A DNA stretch of 64,000 nt from Rotaria socialis (GCA_905331295.1 CAJNYD010000054.1:1-64000), one strand, 5' to 3'. Counted from the stretch's first letter, positions 27,755 through 41,438 are shown. A program made the numbers and translations. The notes: a model not told the origin generated them from the sequence alone.

Positions 27755-29251
27755 CCCTTTACCGCCGGGTGTTGCCATTTGGCAACATTCAGTTAATATT
27801 TTGAGATGGATTGACTTATACAAAGAGTGTATTACGTTTTCACAATATGATAATTACTACGACACAATTTAACACAAATTAATAATTTAAAAGCCAAAAA
27901 AAACTTTCACTGAAAAAGGAACCTTACTTATTCGAAATGCCCCAAAAAGGCATCGGAAGATTAAAAATAATTTTCTATCTGTTGTAATAATCACTATGGA
28001 AAAACAATTACTGATTCATTTTTGTTAGTAAAGTTGTTCCATATTATGTTACTAAAATTTCTTAGCCGGCGTACTCTAATAATAAAATATAATGATGTTG
28101 CCATTTGGCAATAGCCGACCGTAAAGGGACAAAAGTTTCTAAAAAATTTATTTTCGTTTGTAATGATCAAATCAAGGTATTTTACAGCGTTTTCACTTCA
28201 GCATATGTATCTTTGAAAAACAACAGCTATTTTTGCACCTATGAGAAGGCATCTTCAATATTTTTATTATGAGATTGTATACGTGCATGTTGCAATCAAA
28301 GCGTAAAATATGATGAAAAGTACTGCTATTGAAAAAAACTTCTATTTTTTTGTCGAGAGTTTTTCATTTCTTCATGAGAAAAGAAAAACAATTCAGTTGT
28401 TTAGTGTCTTTGCGCTGGAGTCCCTTACTAGTCGGCAACATTTTGTCTGAATAATATGAACATGTTGTTTCTTAACATGTTCAAATAGCCCTGAGAGCGA
28501 GTGTGAATAATTGAACGAAATGTACTATTGCTGTTTGTATTATATACTAAAGCCATCCATCGCGCAGTATTATCATTCGTGAAAACGACGTAACAAAAAA
28601 TAACTTTTTCAAATTTTTGACCCATTATGGCCGGCTGTTGCGAAATGGCAACATACCCCAGGTCGAACNNNNNNNNNNNNNNNNNNNNNNNNNNNNNNNN
28701 NNNNNNNNNNNNNNNNNNNNNNNNNNNNNNNNNNNNNNNNNNNNNNNNNNNNNNNNNNNNNNNNNNNNNNNNNNNNNNNNNNNNNNNNNNNNNNNNNNNN
28801 NNNNNNNNNNNNNNNNNNNNNNNNNNNNNNNNNNNNNNNNNNNNNNNNNNNNNNNNNNNNNNNNNNNNNNNNNNNNNNNNNNNNNNNNNNNNNNNNNNNN
28901 NNNNNNNNNNNNNNNNNNNNNNNNNNNNNNNNNNNNNNNNNNNNNNNNNNNNNNNNNNNNNNNNNNNNNNNNNNNNNNNNNNNNNNNNNNNNNNNNNNNN
29001 NNNNNNNNNNNNNNNNNNNNNNNNNNNNNTTCATTAAAACGATTTTCGAGCAGGGCAGTTAGAAAATAGCAAAACAATTCAACAGAAACTATGTATAAAA
29101 CATCCTATATTTTTGACAACCTTGATCCTCTAAGGATTCCTATATTTTTAAACAAGTGCAATCGGAGGCCAGTACTTATGATACAACAATAAGAAATATG
29201 TGGAAAAAGAATTTTTTTGCTATTCGCCTTCTAGAAGCCGGCGGTAAAGGG
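27755..29251. mobile_element. Non-autonomous piggyBac-type element
   Basis: Perfect 14-bp TIR CCCTTTACCGCCGG/CCGGCGGTAAAGGG flanked by TTAA on both sides. Internal GTTGCCATTTGGCAA repeats; no transposase visible. Contains an assembly gap. Confidence 0.9.
28657..29029. mobile_element. Probable CMC-type MITE running into an assembly gap (N 28669-29029), nested in the piggyBac element
   Basis: CCCAGGTCGAAC, identical to the 26540 TIR, lies immediately before the N run. Confidence 0.6.
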
Positions 29252-29491
29252 TTAACATTGCTTTATCTGTGTCAAAAATAAAATACTCTTTTAAATCTCG
29301 ATTGGAGAAACAGAGATTTAGGTAAAGTATTAGATAAATACAAGATATGAATTGTAATAAAAAAAAGCAATGTAGATCGCTGATATTCTGCTTATATCTT
29401 TGATGGGACAATTTTAACGATAATAAATAAATATTCGAGAAAATCGTCTTCAATCAAGATACAATTTGTTTGTACACGAAGAAGCAGGTAA

Positions 29492-30284
29492 CTAGCTATT
29501 TTTGAATCCTTGAAGTATTGTTTCCGCCATTTCATCGGTCGTTGCATCAGCATCAATCGAGTGAATATTCTCTACACGACGATATATTGCATCGAGTCGC
29601 TCTCGAAATGTATTGTCAGATGCCAGTTGTTGTTCTTCGGGATCCATTGGCTCTTGCGAGTGTCGCTGAGCGATGCGTCCACGCCGCTTGTCCTCGTTCA
29701 AATACAAGTAGACAACATAGGAAGGTCGTACAAGATGATTAGGCCAAGGAAGAGGATTTTCAATTGATGCCAAATCAAGATTATCTTGATGAGCTAGTTG
29801 ATAGGCGATGGTTGATGGCCAATATCGATCAAGAACCCATACAGTTGTATGAGAAGATGATGCAAGTTTATGAGACGCGACTATATTACACAAAGAATAA
29901 TAACTACGCCTCACATATTCGTTTTGTGCATCGAAATAGGCACGAAACGGACGTATACTATCTGGTAGTGTGGGCAAAAGACTAAAACCGGGATTCTGTG
30001 CGAGTTTGTTGGCTAGCGTTGTCTTACCAACTCCATCAAATCCTAGAAGAAATCGATACACATCCTGATCATATGATTCAATAGAATTTATACTATTCAC
30101 CTTCGAGATTTATACATCGAATGACATGGCAATTATCGATACTAGTATTTCCATCATTCGACAAATTATTCTGAACATTTTCTAATGTCTCCAGAAACTC
30201 TTCTCGGTTACAAAATGTCGACGACGATACAATATGATCACGAAGAGTATTCACGACTTCCAATGGTGTTTGATACATTGTCAT
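29492..30284 (-). CDS. CMPK2: UMP-CMP kinase 2-like (thymidylate kinase fold); 2 exons, intron 30043-30100
   Basis: Splicing yields the P-loop INLEGFDGVGKTT. FRAYFD..VRRSYYSLCN, VLDRYWPSTIAY, WPNHLVRP and EEQQLASDNTFR correspond to CMPK2 motifs as I recall them. Confidence 0.8.
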
Positions 30285-30750
30285 ACTCTTGTAATAAAAT
30301 TTCTTTCACAAAATATTGTTGCGTCTTCGATAAAGTAAAAGCATGCTATCTCTTCATGACTCTTATGATATGCAGTTCTGATAACATCAAAGGTTCGAGA
30401 TATAAAAAAAAACAAAGACCAAAAGATGATGCACGTTTTGTTACCTGTTTGTAATCAAGGACAAGGGTGGAATATAAAAGAATAATAGGTTGCGTGTGCA
30501 TAGAACATATACTCAACAAGCGAACTTTATTTGTTGATGCTACTGAGGATACATCAATCTTGACAACATGATGGTAAAGCAAGGAACATGCAAGCAATTC
30601 ACAGTAGTCTTTTCTTTATTGTCAACTTTCTTTCTTTTGAATCTTCCTAGATTCTACTTACTAAACAGCAAATCATTTCTCCTGACAAAAACTAAAGAAC
30701 TATAGAATGTCGAGCGAATTCAATCCTAGTCATATTTCAGGCATTACATT

Positions 30751-32715
30751 TTATTTCCAAAAAAAAATAAAAATACTTAATGAAACCACTAAAAGAAAAA
30801 TAAAAGAAAGTACAAATGTTGGATTGATTGGATATTTCATTGATTGATTTTGTCTTTTGCCATGACGTAATGGGCATTCGACCCTATTAATTTTATTGTG
30901 AATAAAAATCAAATATAACAAATATTCATTTTCTTTACCTTTTATCTTGTGTGAGAATAGCATGCCGTGCATCTTTCCATTTACTGGGTCCTTCTAAACG
31001 ATATCGATATGGAGTACAAGGTCCACAAAGTAAAAGCCATCCGAGTGAAAAATCATTTAAAAGATAAGATACTAAGAAAAGAAAATAAAATTTTGTCATC
31101 AACATAATTTATTTTCTTTTACATATATTTGGTAGACAACCAACTTCATTGGCTAGTTCATTACAATATTCAATATAATCAACTTGTATTGTATGTCGTG
31201 GCGATGAAACATATCGTTTAGACATTTTCTCGAAACGTTGATGAATGTCTTCATCCATTTTCAAGCGTGATGGTAATTTTAATTCACGTTTGAATGCACG
31301 CACAGCCCAACGTGCTTGCAGTTCTGTCATTGGATTGATCGCGCCCCATGGTTGAATCAAACCCATGACAGCCAGTGTTGGATGAGCTAAGTGGGATGGC
31401 CAAACAAATTTGTAAAGTTGAATCTAGAAATAAACTTATGAAATTTTTCTTTTGCTTGCTGTGATTTACCTTATTATCTTTAACAGATAGAATACTTTCA
31501 TTTAAATAGGGAAATGCAATATTAAAGCCAGTTGCCATAAGAACACAATCGACATGATCAACTTTTGTGCTATCTTCGAATAGAACGCTATGACCATCGC
31601 TTGAAAATTCTTTTATATTTGGCTTGATGATTACTGAGCCACATAAAATTCGATTGGGTAAATCATCATTAATAAATGGATGTTGTTCTATATGAGAATA
31701 GTTAGACTAGAAAAAGATAAGATGATAAATAATAAAAAAATCACATACGTAAAGGAAGATGATCAGGTTTGAGACTGTATAATTCATGATTGAACTTTTT
31801 ACTTAACTCACGTTCAATCAATCGATTCATTAACCATGGAAAGTATTTCTGAATTGTTGCTAGCATTAAATTAGTTCGATACATATCTGTTGGCCATCCA
31901 TTTGGCCCAACTCGATTATAAACCCATGTACCACGACGTGTACTTAAATACACCTATGTTTTTGTTCTTAATAATAAATATAAGCAATGAAAAATCGTAT
32001 CAATATACATACTTGTTTAGCAGCACGCCCTAATTCGACAGCCATATCACCAGCTGAACTTCCAATGCCAACGATAAGAACTGTTTTATCTTCGAAACCA
32101 TGAGGTGTCTTATACTGCCAACTATGTAGTTTGTCACCTAAATTCGATTATGTGTGAAAAAGTTTTCAAAATTTATGTAAAATAAAAAATTTTGCCTTGA
32201 AACTTATCAAAGCCTGGAAATGTCGCCCATCTTGGAAATGCATGATGTCCTGTCGCTAACATAACTGCATCGAATCTTTCGCAAAGTTCATTGTTACGTA
32301 TTTTTTCTTCGTCCGTTTCATTGACATCAACACTATAGATTAACCAACATCCTGTTTGTTCATAATCGTCCGTTGGTTCAATTCGAGTTACACGCCGTCG
32401 AAATCGAAAATATTTTAGAAGATCAAATTTCGATGCATACATTCGAAAATATGACAATAATTTAGAATTATGCATATAATTTGGATAATCAGCAGGCGGT
32501 GGAAAATCGCTGAAAGCCATAAATTCTTTTGATGTATTGACTTCAGTAGATTTCATCACACTTGCTTTTCCATCAATAGCATTTTCATCGTAGTTCCATA
32601 ATCCACCGATATCTTTTGTCATTTCATAGCATGTTGGTAACAAATCGCCATCCAGACAACATTTAGTTGATATTAGACCACTAACGCCACCTCCAATAAC
32701 GGCTACAGTTCGCAT
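30751..32715 (-). CDS. FMO: Flavin-containing (dimethylaniline) monooxygenase, animal FMO type; multi-exon
   Basis: GGGVSG FAD motif, GGLWNY, FSDFP, FQGDKLHSWQYK (FxGxxxHxxxY), GIGSSAGD, MATG, ELQARW, C-terminal TM. First intron is GC-AG (32138-32195). Confidence 0.95.
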
Positions 32716-35209
32716 TCTGAAACATTCGAATATATTGATAAGAAGATGTTGTAATTTTAATGTATCGACCTATCAAAATTTATGCTTTTTTTATTATTAT
32801 TTACAAGAGCGAAGTATCCATAGAAAACATCAAATTTAGATTTGGTATTGAATAAAATGATTTCATACAACGTAAAGTGTACTAGAGATCTCTGGAATAA
32901 TATTGATTGAATTCGAAACAAAAATTTAAAAACGATGATTGAAAAATTCAATTGTAAAGTAACTCGATTTAAATTATTATCGCCGAAGCTCATAAATGCG
33001 AGTACTTACGAATGTATCTATCAATTGATCTATTAGTTCTAGTGGAAAAAAAAGATAGCGGTTTGGTCTTGACATACGTATTTTTATCTGTGTGAAGTAA
33101 ACTAAAGTGATAGCCATTTTACTGATGAATTCATCCTATTCCATCCAGATATTTATAGATAGCAGTCAGTTAACTTATCTCGTTATGTATGACTCGTCAA
33201 AAAAAAAATTCTAATCGTAAGTGGCAAGAATACTACGTTTTGTGATGAGTCACACAAGTATGATGAATCACAATAACCTTCATGTAATAGTGGGATGTCA
33301 CTTTGTGAACAATTTTGATTTGATATTTCATACGAACTATAATTGAACGAATTGAGAGGTAATACATGCTACACTGCATTGACCTAGTTGAAATTTTCGT
33401 GTTGAAATTACAATCAATTTTGAGTAGCGAATACCTATCTGGATGATAGTTTCCATGTATATTAATCTTTCGAGACATTTTTAGCAGCATGATATGCCTA
33501 TAGTTCAACTTCGAATATAAATGACGACCTGAATAAATGTTTACAGTGAGAAAATAAATGGAAAAAAACGGCTTCCATGCCGAAAGAACCCACAGAGAAA
33601 AAGAAAAACTTTTGTTAACGGCACAACTCAACTGAAAAGCAGAAATAGAAATAGTTTTAAAATTTATAAGTTTGACTAAACACCATGTGAGTGATTACGT
33701 CGAATCATTTTTTCGATGATCGCACTCAAAGATAATTTGGCTTTTGTGGTACTCACGTATATTTTCGAAGAAAAAAAAATGAGTGCAAGTTTTATATCGA
33801 GGTATTACGGCTCGCACAGGCTCTAACAACGAGATGGCGTGAAATCAAAATTTTTTTGATATATTAATTTTCTTAGCAACCAGAGAGACTGGGACAACGC
33901 TAGAGATGATTGGGTTGGGTTTTCCTAACAGCTTCAATGATGAAAGTATTTCAATGATCGTAGTACTTGATGTAGAATATAGAATAAAAAAATGTCACAA
34001 AAAGAAAACTTTTAATTATACATTTAGTTTTCGATAGGTTTATTTTAACTTGTTGTATTCACCTGTGAGATAGTTGAAATAATACATATGAAATAAAGTA
34101 ACTTATTCAATGTACTGGTTACAACAACAGTTGAAATTTACACATTTGACTTATTAGAAAGCCAATTTGAAATAAAAATTTAATGTGAAACGATATGAAA
34201 TATAACACTATATGACCAAAATGTATTATTTATCATAGTATCATTAGAGTATATTAACGGATTAGTTTAAATTTTCTATTAATAATAATTATACATATAT
34301 GAATAGTGTGTTGGTACATGTGTGAAAGATTATGAGACATGCTAATTAATTGGTATAATAGTAAGAGAGAAAAAAATGTTTCTCGAAAAGTTGATATAAA
34401 ACAACATTTAAGCAATTTGCAGAATAGTGTGACAAACGATATGTTGAAAATGTTTTATGAGACAGATCTCTCAAATCATTTTAATTCGTTGTGAAATTTT
34501 CATTTATAAATAATTTGTATTATGGGTTTGAAGTATATAAAAGTATTTTGTTTGTAGAAAATCTACTTTGAAATATCTTTTTAACGTTTTTAGTACTAAG
34601 CTCTGTTCTTTGGGAAAGATCGTTCCAAAATGACGATTTTGAAAGGAAACTATATTTTTTTAATTCAAAATAATGAAACGAAAAAGCTGAGCGCATTTTC
34701 TCTATAATAATATGTAGAATAGGTATAAAATATCCATATATATCAAATTTGAAACTTCAACTTTCAACCCGACAGCGCTGAAGAATCGTGACTCACACAT
34801 CCTCGCTGTCACTTAGAAACTTGAAAGTTGAAAATTTCAATTCCAATTGAATTCAAGCTTCAAGTTTGACACTACTGATAAATGAAGAACATATTACTAA
34901 TGTATCAGCACATATAATTGTAGAAATCAGACTCGATCAAAGTACTAGAATAATTTCAGAATTCATTTATGAAAAAATTGATTCATTTGACAATGATACA
35001 AAAAGATTCAATTAATCTAAAAAAATTTATATAAAAAAAATGTTGATATCACTCAGAAAATGACTAAACATTCAAATACTAACACATTTATAATAAAATA
35101 CAATTAAAAAATATCAACTGTATAACCCAAAAATCGAGTTCATTACATTTTCGAGATTCATTATTTTGTTGTTTTCTGTCGTTTATTTTTTATTTATTAT
35201 TTCATCTTT

Positions 35210-35797
35210 TTCTGTACTCAAAAAGTGAGTACGCTCTAGAATCGGTCAGTGTGTCCGGCCGTTGGCACGATAACTTTCGAAAGAAGAATCAGACCGTGAT
35301 GAAATTTTCCACACAGTTCAATCTCATGAATATCTCGGTCGATTTCGAAGATGAGAAGAATCCCTCAAGAAATGGTTGAGTTATCGAAAAAATTGTCATT
35401 TTTGACAAGGCCATCCCTGAGGAGGAGTACAGGGATTTTTTTCAGAAAACAAATCTTTTTCAGAATTATTCACAACATATATAAATCGACTCAGTTTTTA
35501 GCGCTGATTCCGAATCTGATATTAGTTTTGAACTAAACCGTAGGTTTCTGATGAAACATCGCCTGAAAAACGTCTTAAAATGCACAAAAACTGCATCCAG
35601 AAATCAAATTGCCTAGTTTCTCATGATAATTTTGGTGTTCAGACATTCTAGAATGACTCATATGTCCCATGCACCTTTTNATTGCCTAGTTTCTCATGAT
35701 AATTTTGGTGTTCAGACATTCTAGAATGACTCATATGTCCCATGCACTTTTTGCAGTACACATAACTCTCGGATGAAATCCGAAGTTTCCACATTTA
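35210..35797 (+). mobile_element. Helentron-associated/DINE-1-like non-autonomous element
   Basis: Inserted in a T-run. 5' hairpin GTACTCA-AAAAG-TGAGTAC, then GTGTGTCCGGCCGT; 3' AGTACAC followed by hairpin TCGGAT-GAA-ATCCGA and a T-rich end. No TIR/TSD. Confidence 0.5.
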
Positions 35798-36189
35798 TTT
35801 AAAATATATAATTAAATATTGTAACAGAAATTACTAATGAAGAGATATTTAATACAATAAATATGTAAGCTTTAAAAATAATAATAAGTAAAAAACATAC
35901 AAGAACTAATCATCTTTATGCACAGAATCTTTATTTTCTCTGTTATTTTTTTTTATAAACTTATAAATACAAGCTGAAGGATAAATTAGTAAGTAGCATG
36001 TTTTAAGTAACCAAAAATATACTGAATCTGAAAGGTAACATAGAGGTTATTTGTTGTTGCAGACAAAAATGTTTGGTCTAGTAAAAGTTTGTTTTATGTA
36101 TATATGATATGAAGATTAGTATTACGTGTATTTATTACAAATAAATTTATATACAAATATAAACATTTGTTAAATAAAAAGCAGTACCT

Positions 36190-38135
36190 GTAGTTCAATA
36201 TTACTAAGCGATGGAAAACGTTCAACAAATTTCAAAGCAATATTCGACGAAAAGTAAGCGTCATTCGCTAATTACATTTGGACAGGCTCTAAAACGAAAG
36301 AAAAAAAAATATACTCATTGCATTCATGAATGATAACAATAATTCTGAATTTTTATATTAATGATCTATAGAGAAACGTTTCTCTGAAGTATTAACTTTG
36401 CTCACTTTAGAATGAATTGAATATCTTTCCATCGATACATGTTAAACGTTGATCCGAATTCGATTTGAATAACACTGGGCAAATGAACAAATTGTGAGAG
36501 AATATTAATATTTTCCTGTGCATCATCATCAGTAACAGTTCTATGACGAGCGTTAACTAAAAGAATAATATATTGAAAATAGTTCAATCGAATTTATCTA
36601 TATATTATTCTTACTAATACTGGGGAAAAAATCCCAAATTGAATAGCATATTATTGGCATTTCAATAATGAGATAATCGATTTGTTGAAATAATGTAGAA
36701 AACCAAGTTACTTCTGGTTTTGTCTTTGTCATACGTATTCTGCATGGAGGCATATCTACATCTGTGTTTTGGATAATTCAATGTACGTAACATGATAAAT
36801 TCTTCTACAAAAAAAAGGTTGTATCAGTAACAAGAAACAAAATATATTTTTTTAATGAAGTGTAAACTTTTCCTTCCATAAAATATGATTCGTTAAATCA
36901 ATCAGAACTCAGTTGCGCCTTCTTCTTTCATTAAAACCTTACTTGAAAAAAGAGAAAGTTCAGCAGTATCATGAACTCACACTCAATTAATTTTTTTCTC
37001 TTGTGTTAAATCAATTTTACTTGCCTCTAGATCGATCATTAAATAACCATCTATCAATAATCATATGCCAATTAGAATATTTTCTGGCAGAATATTCAAA
37101 TGAATTCACAACTATATCCAAGTATAACTTTGGACGCCTTTTCGCTATTGACGTATGAAATTCACGTGTCGATAAATGTGGAACATGAGATTCTAACATT
37201 TGTTTCCACACAGACTCGTCGAGTAGTTCACCAGGAAATGGCACGAGTATCACATACAGCAGAAATTGTTAAATCGAATGACATCAATTTTGGTAATATC
37301 GGTAAATCATTATAATTCATAGATGGTATTTGAACATAAGCACGAAAACAAAAAATGAAACATTTGATCTTGAATCTTAGTTTTTTTTTCAAGATCTTTC
37401 ATCTAACACATTCATTCACCAATTGACAACTTACTTAACTTTCCTATCTGCAACTGCATCATTATGTTCTACTTTTATGCATAGATCGCGTACTGTGGAA
37501 CAAAAACGAAGAATTGGTAAAATTGAATAAACAGATACTTTTCGAGGAGAACCAGAAATAAGTAGATTAAGCGATGTAAGATTCGAAGTTATTGGTGTAT
37601 AATTTGATAAATGTGAGTAATCATAAGGATATTGTAGTAAAATTGAACGAAGAGAAGATGATCTGTGCATTAGTATAGATCGAGTGAGATTCAACGTATT
37701 TTTTTTATTTAGACATTTATAACTTGGCTGATAAATACCAAATGCGACAAGTCTACTCATATATTGTATTTGTTCAATAACATTTTTAAGTTTTGTTGAT
37801 GGATTAACTGAAATAAGTATGCATGACTGAAGATTAATAAACTTGTGTCGACTAAATAATCAACTAATAATTGAAGAATGATCACGAATTGTATCAGGAA
37901 TTTCTAATGACATAACTTGATGACTATGAAGAGTAAGATGAGAAGAAGGAAACTCAATTTGACGAAGACAATAATCCTCTAGAATAATAATACGAAGTGG
38001 AATTGATTGTAAACTTGATGAAATTCGTTGATTCAATGAAGTAAATGCAGTGAAAATTTCAAGACCATCCAAATAATCAAATATTTCGAAGAAAACATCA
38101 TTTGATAAATCTTCAAAATTGGTACGTTCATCCAT
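36190..38135 (-). pseudogene. F-box domain protein with degenerate LRR-like C-terminus, pseudogene
   Basis: MDERTNFEDLSNDVFFEIFDYLDGLEIFTAFTSLNQRI (F-box). In-frame TGA at 37860-37862 and a frameshift/deletion near 37250. Further exon remnants to ~36190 (3' boundary approximate). Confidence 0.7.
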
Positions 38136-40260
38136 TTGTAAACGTAATACATGATACACACGTAATTCAATTGAACCTGGAAAAAGAATATTGTTAATGA
38201 CAAAATGATTGAAAGACAATTCATTATATACGTATAGTACACAACAGAGGTGTTCACAGGGCAGGACACAGGGCGAATATTTTAAAAACTGATCTGCCCT
38301 GTACAGGGCAGGGCGATAGCTGCGTGCCCTGCAAATTTCGCATTTTTACTTTAGTTTGGAAATAACAGCGATTTCATTTTTCGCGAAAAGTTAAAACAAC
38401 CCACGAGAAATTCAGATAGCAATATCACATTTAAATAAGATATTTTGTTATACGATAGTCTTTAAGTTGCACGATACTATATAAGTATAAGTCCAATCAA
38501 AATAGCAAAAAAGGAAAGAACATTAGTTTAGTAGCCCTCATTGAAATAATATTGTACCAGTGCGATCACCTTCGAATTGTTGGCGCGATAATTTTCTTAT
38601 GATCGCTTCTATTGGTGAAAATGAGGCATCCATTTTATCTGAGTCAAATATCTCTGTTAGTTGTCAAGCTTCATCATGTAACTATAGCTATTCATTTAAA
38701 ACCCCTTTTAAAAAGAGAAAGACAACTTTTATATTTAAAAAATTGAATCAACATAAACTTCAGCCTTGTAAAAGAAATCATTTGCTCACTCAGCTTTTCT
38801 AAATAAAAAAATATTAATTTGAACGAATCCCATATCATATCAGCTGCTTCAAATGTTATCATAAATTAGCTTATAGAGTCACGAGTGAAACTAAGCGTTT
38901 TCTTTCATACGCAGATTAATGATTTCTTCTAGTGTCAGCATGTTCTTCTGTTGTTGGCATAGACGATTCTCGGTTGATTCAAATAAAAAGTGTAAAATCT
39001 GAGCAGGTGGATGAGGTTCTGTTCATTAGATTAATTGAAAACTAATTAAAAGGAAATATCTACAATTTCTTTTTCATTTTCGTGTATATTATTATTTGTA
39101 AGTCAAAATCTTTTTTGCGAGCTACTTATCAATAAAAGTCAGTAATGCAGCTTAAATATTAACTTGAAAAATCTTCTTTTTTTTGCAGGACAGGGGAGGA
39201 AATGAAAAATAAAATCGACCGTCGGTCTATTTTTACACTAGAAAAAAACATAAAAACAGACAATATGTCAATGATGTCAATTAGCCCAATTATTTTCTAA
39301 GATCGTACATTCTATTCGTCTTCTAAGCTCACAATGAAATAGGCCGTAAACACACTACGAAAAGTAGTGCCGAACCAGACCTTGTCTACGTTATAGAATT
39401 AATTCATTATCAACTTTTAGTTAGTCAAAACGAGTTGGACTTTGATGGGTGTCACTTTTTGAACAAGTTGTATTTGACATTTCATTCAAAGTAATGAAAC
39501 GAATGCCTTGCAGTGATGAGTCATAGTCGTCCCATGTGGTGTTAACAAAACAATGTATGCCAACCTAGGTTGGCTGATTGGTCAAGATTATCTTTTATTT
39601 CTACTTAGAGAAATTTCTTTTTCTGATTTCAGCCAGACTTTGAAGAGTTTTTTTTTATGAAAAACAATAAAAATCAATCATTTATTTTGCTATACTGGAT
39701 ATTTGCATTTGAACTACTCTAAAAATTGTGAAAATAATATAAATTAACGAAATTGTACTGTTGCCAATTATATTTCTAATTTAGTATTAAAATAAGATTC
39801 ATTCTTTTCTCATATGAGCACATGATAATTTTCAAGAGAATATTTCGTTGAGATTGTGACTAATTGGCAGTGTCATAAACGAATCTTAATTTATTATGAT
39901 ATGTTTCATCAGCTATGAAACATCTACAAAGAAGTTTATTTCTATTGATTCCTAGTCAATGCACATCTTTTGAATGATCTTATTTTAAACAAAAACTTCG
40001 TTGTTAAGGAAACCAATTATTCAAGCAATAATATAAATCGATATCAGTTCTTTTCAACATGCTACTAGCATATAGCTCCTCTTAGTTGCTAATTGAATAA
40101 AATACAGTTTGACCCATTAATTTCTTATTCTAGCCTCTCTATGGATTTTTAATGTCATGGAGTCATAAATAGCAGTAAAATGTTACTGCTCAGACAAATT
40201 ACATCAAAAAATAAAGAATTAAAATTTTCTCGGAAGTTACGTAGAAATAGTACATTTCAT

Positions 40261-41438
40261 TTAACTATTTTTGTATAATATAGGATTGAAATTATCATCA
40301 TTGAAAACGGATACACCTATTTTTAATTCCTTCATTCGCTCGTCTGTTATTACATTTTGTTTCCCATTGAAAGTCATATTATCCGGCATCCTAAATAATA
40401 ATAAAAAAGAAATCTTTAGCATACTACAAGTAATTAAATTAATCTTCTCCAAAACTTTCTTACATTTGAATGGTCATCGCAGCTCGTCTACTTGGTGTCA
40501 TGTTGGCACCAGCACCATGAATTAAATGACCGCTATGAAATGAGGCACTGCCAGCTTTCATTGGTACGGCTATTGTTGGTGATTGTTTTAGTTCGGGATA
40601 AGTAGTGAATACGTCAGACAGATTTTTACCAATCTTGATTTCTGCAAGTTCATTATTTTCTTCATAATAACGACTTTCAGTAACCTAAAACGTTCTAATT
40701 TTAACATCATCATGAACGATCTTATGTTCTTAAAACTGAACGGTAATGTTAGATAAAACGAAACACAGTTCTATCTACCGAGAAGATTTTCTAATATTTT
40801 AAAGAACTATTTGGATCCATTGATGATCAGTCTTACTTTATGTGATCCAGGCATAAAATACATGCATCCATTTTCTAATGTTGCATCGTCTAATGCTATC
40901 CAAACACTTATTGCATGTAAAGAAGTAAACGACCAATATGAAACATCAAGATGCCTTCAACACAGAAAATAAAATAAAAAGCAAACGAAACATATGCATT
41001 TTACCATGCGGTAGGGTTTGCAAATGGCTCTTTAATTAAAGCTTGATCATGCCATATTCTAACACAATCGATACCTTCTAATTCCGCAGCTATTTTTCCG
41101 ATTACTGATCCACTCTCTAATAATAATTGTTTGACAGAATTATGTGATTGCCATAAATTAATACGCTGTGTGAAGACATTATTATAATACTCGAAATCAA
41201 CGTTAGTGCTATCACCTTGACCCGCTATAGGAAATTTATACTTAGCGTCTGCTCGATCGTTTACAGCACTAAATATAATCGTTCGCCATTGTTCAAGTTG
41301 ACTAGGCGAAAGAAGATTCGGCACAACAAAATAACCATTTTCACGATACGATTTAATATCGTCCTCAGTAATTGTAACTGAATTCGTGACAGGAAGAGTA
41401 AGTGGTGGTGCTGGTGTGACCGTAAGTGACGACGACAT
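40261..41438 (-). CDS. Phytanoyl-CoA dioxygenase (PhyH) family Fe/2-OG dioxygenase; 4 exons
   Basis: YRENGYFVV; RIWHDQALIKEPFANPTAW|HLDVSYWSF (HxD); VWIALDDATLENGCMYFMPGSHK; FHSGHLIHGAGANMTPSRR. GT-AG introns 40955-41004, 40685-40836, 40391-40463. Confidence 0.92.

Noticed and set aside
28609..29077. ORFs of 136-150 aa made of X
   Set aside because: Artefacts of the N gap 28669-29029.
35608..35752. 72-bp direct duplication
   Set aside because: The two copies abut a single N (35680), typical of an unmerged contig overlap.
38245..39200. CAGAGGTGTTCACAGGGCAGG hAT-like left end with CAGGGC repeats
   Set aside because: No matching right TIR or TSD found, so boundaries cannot be supported.
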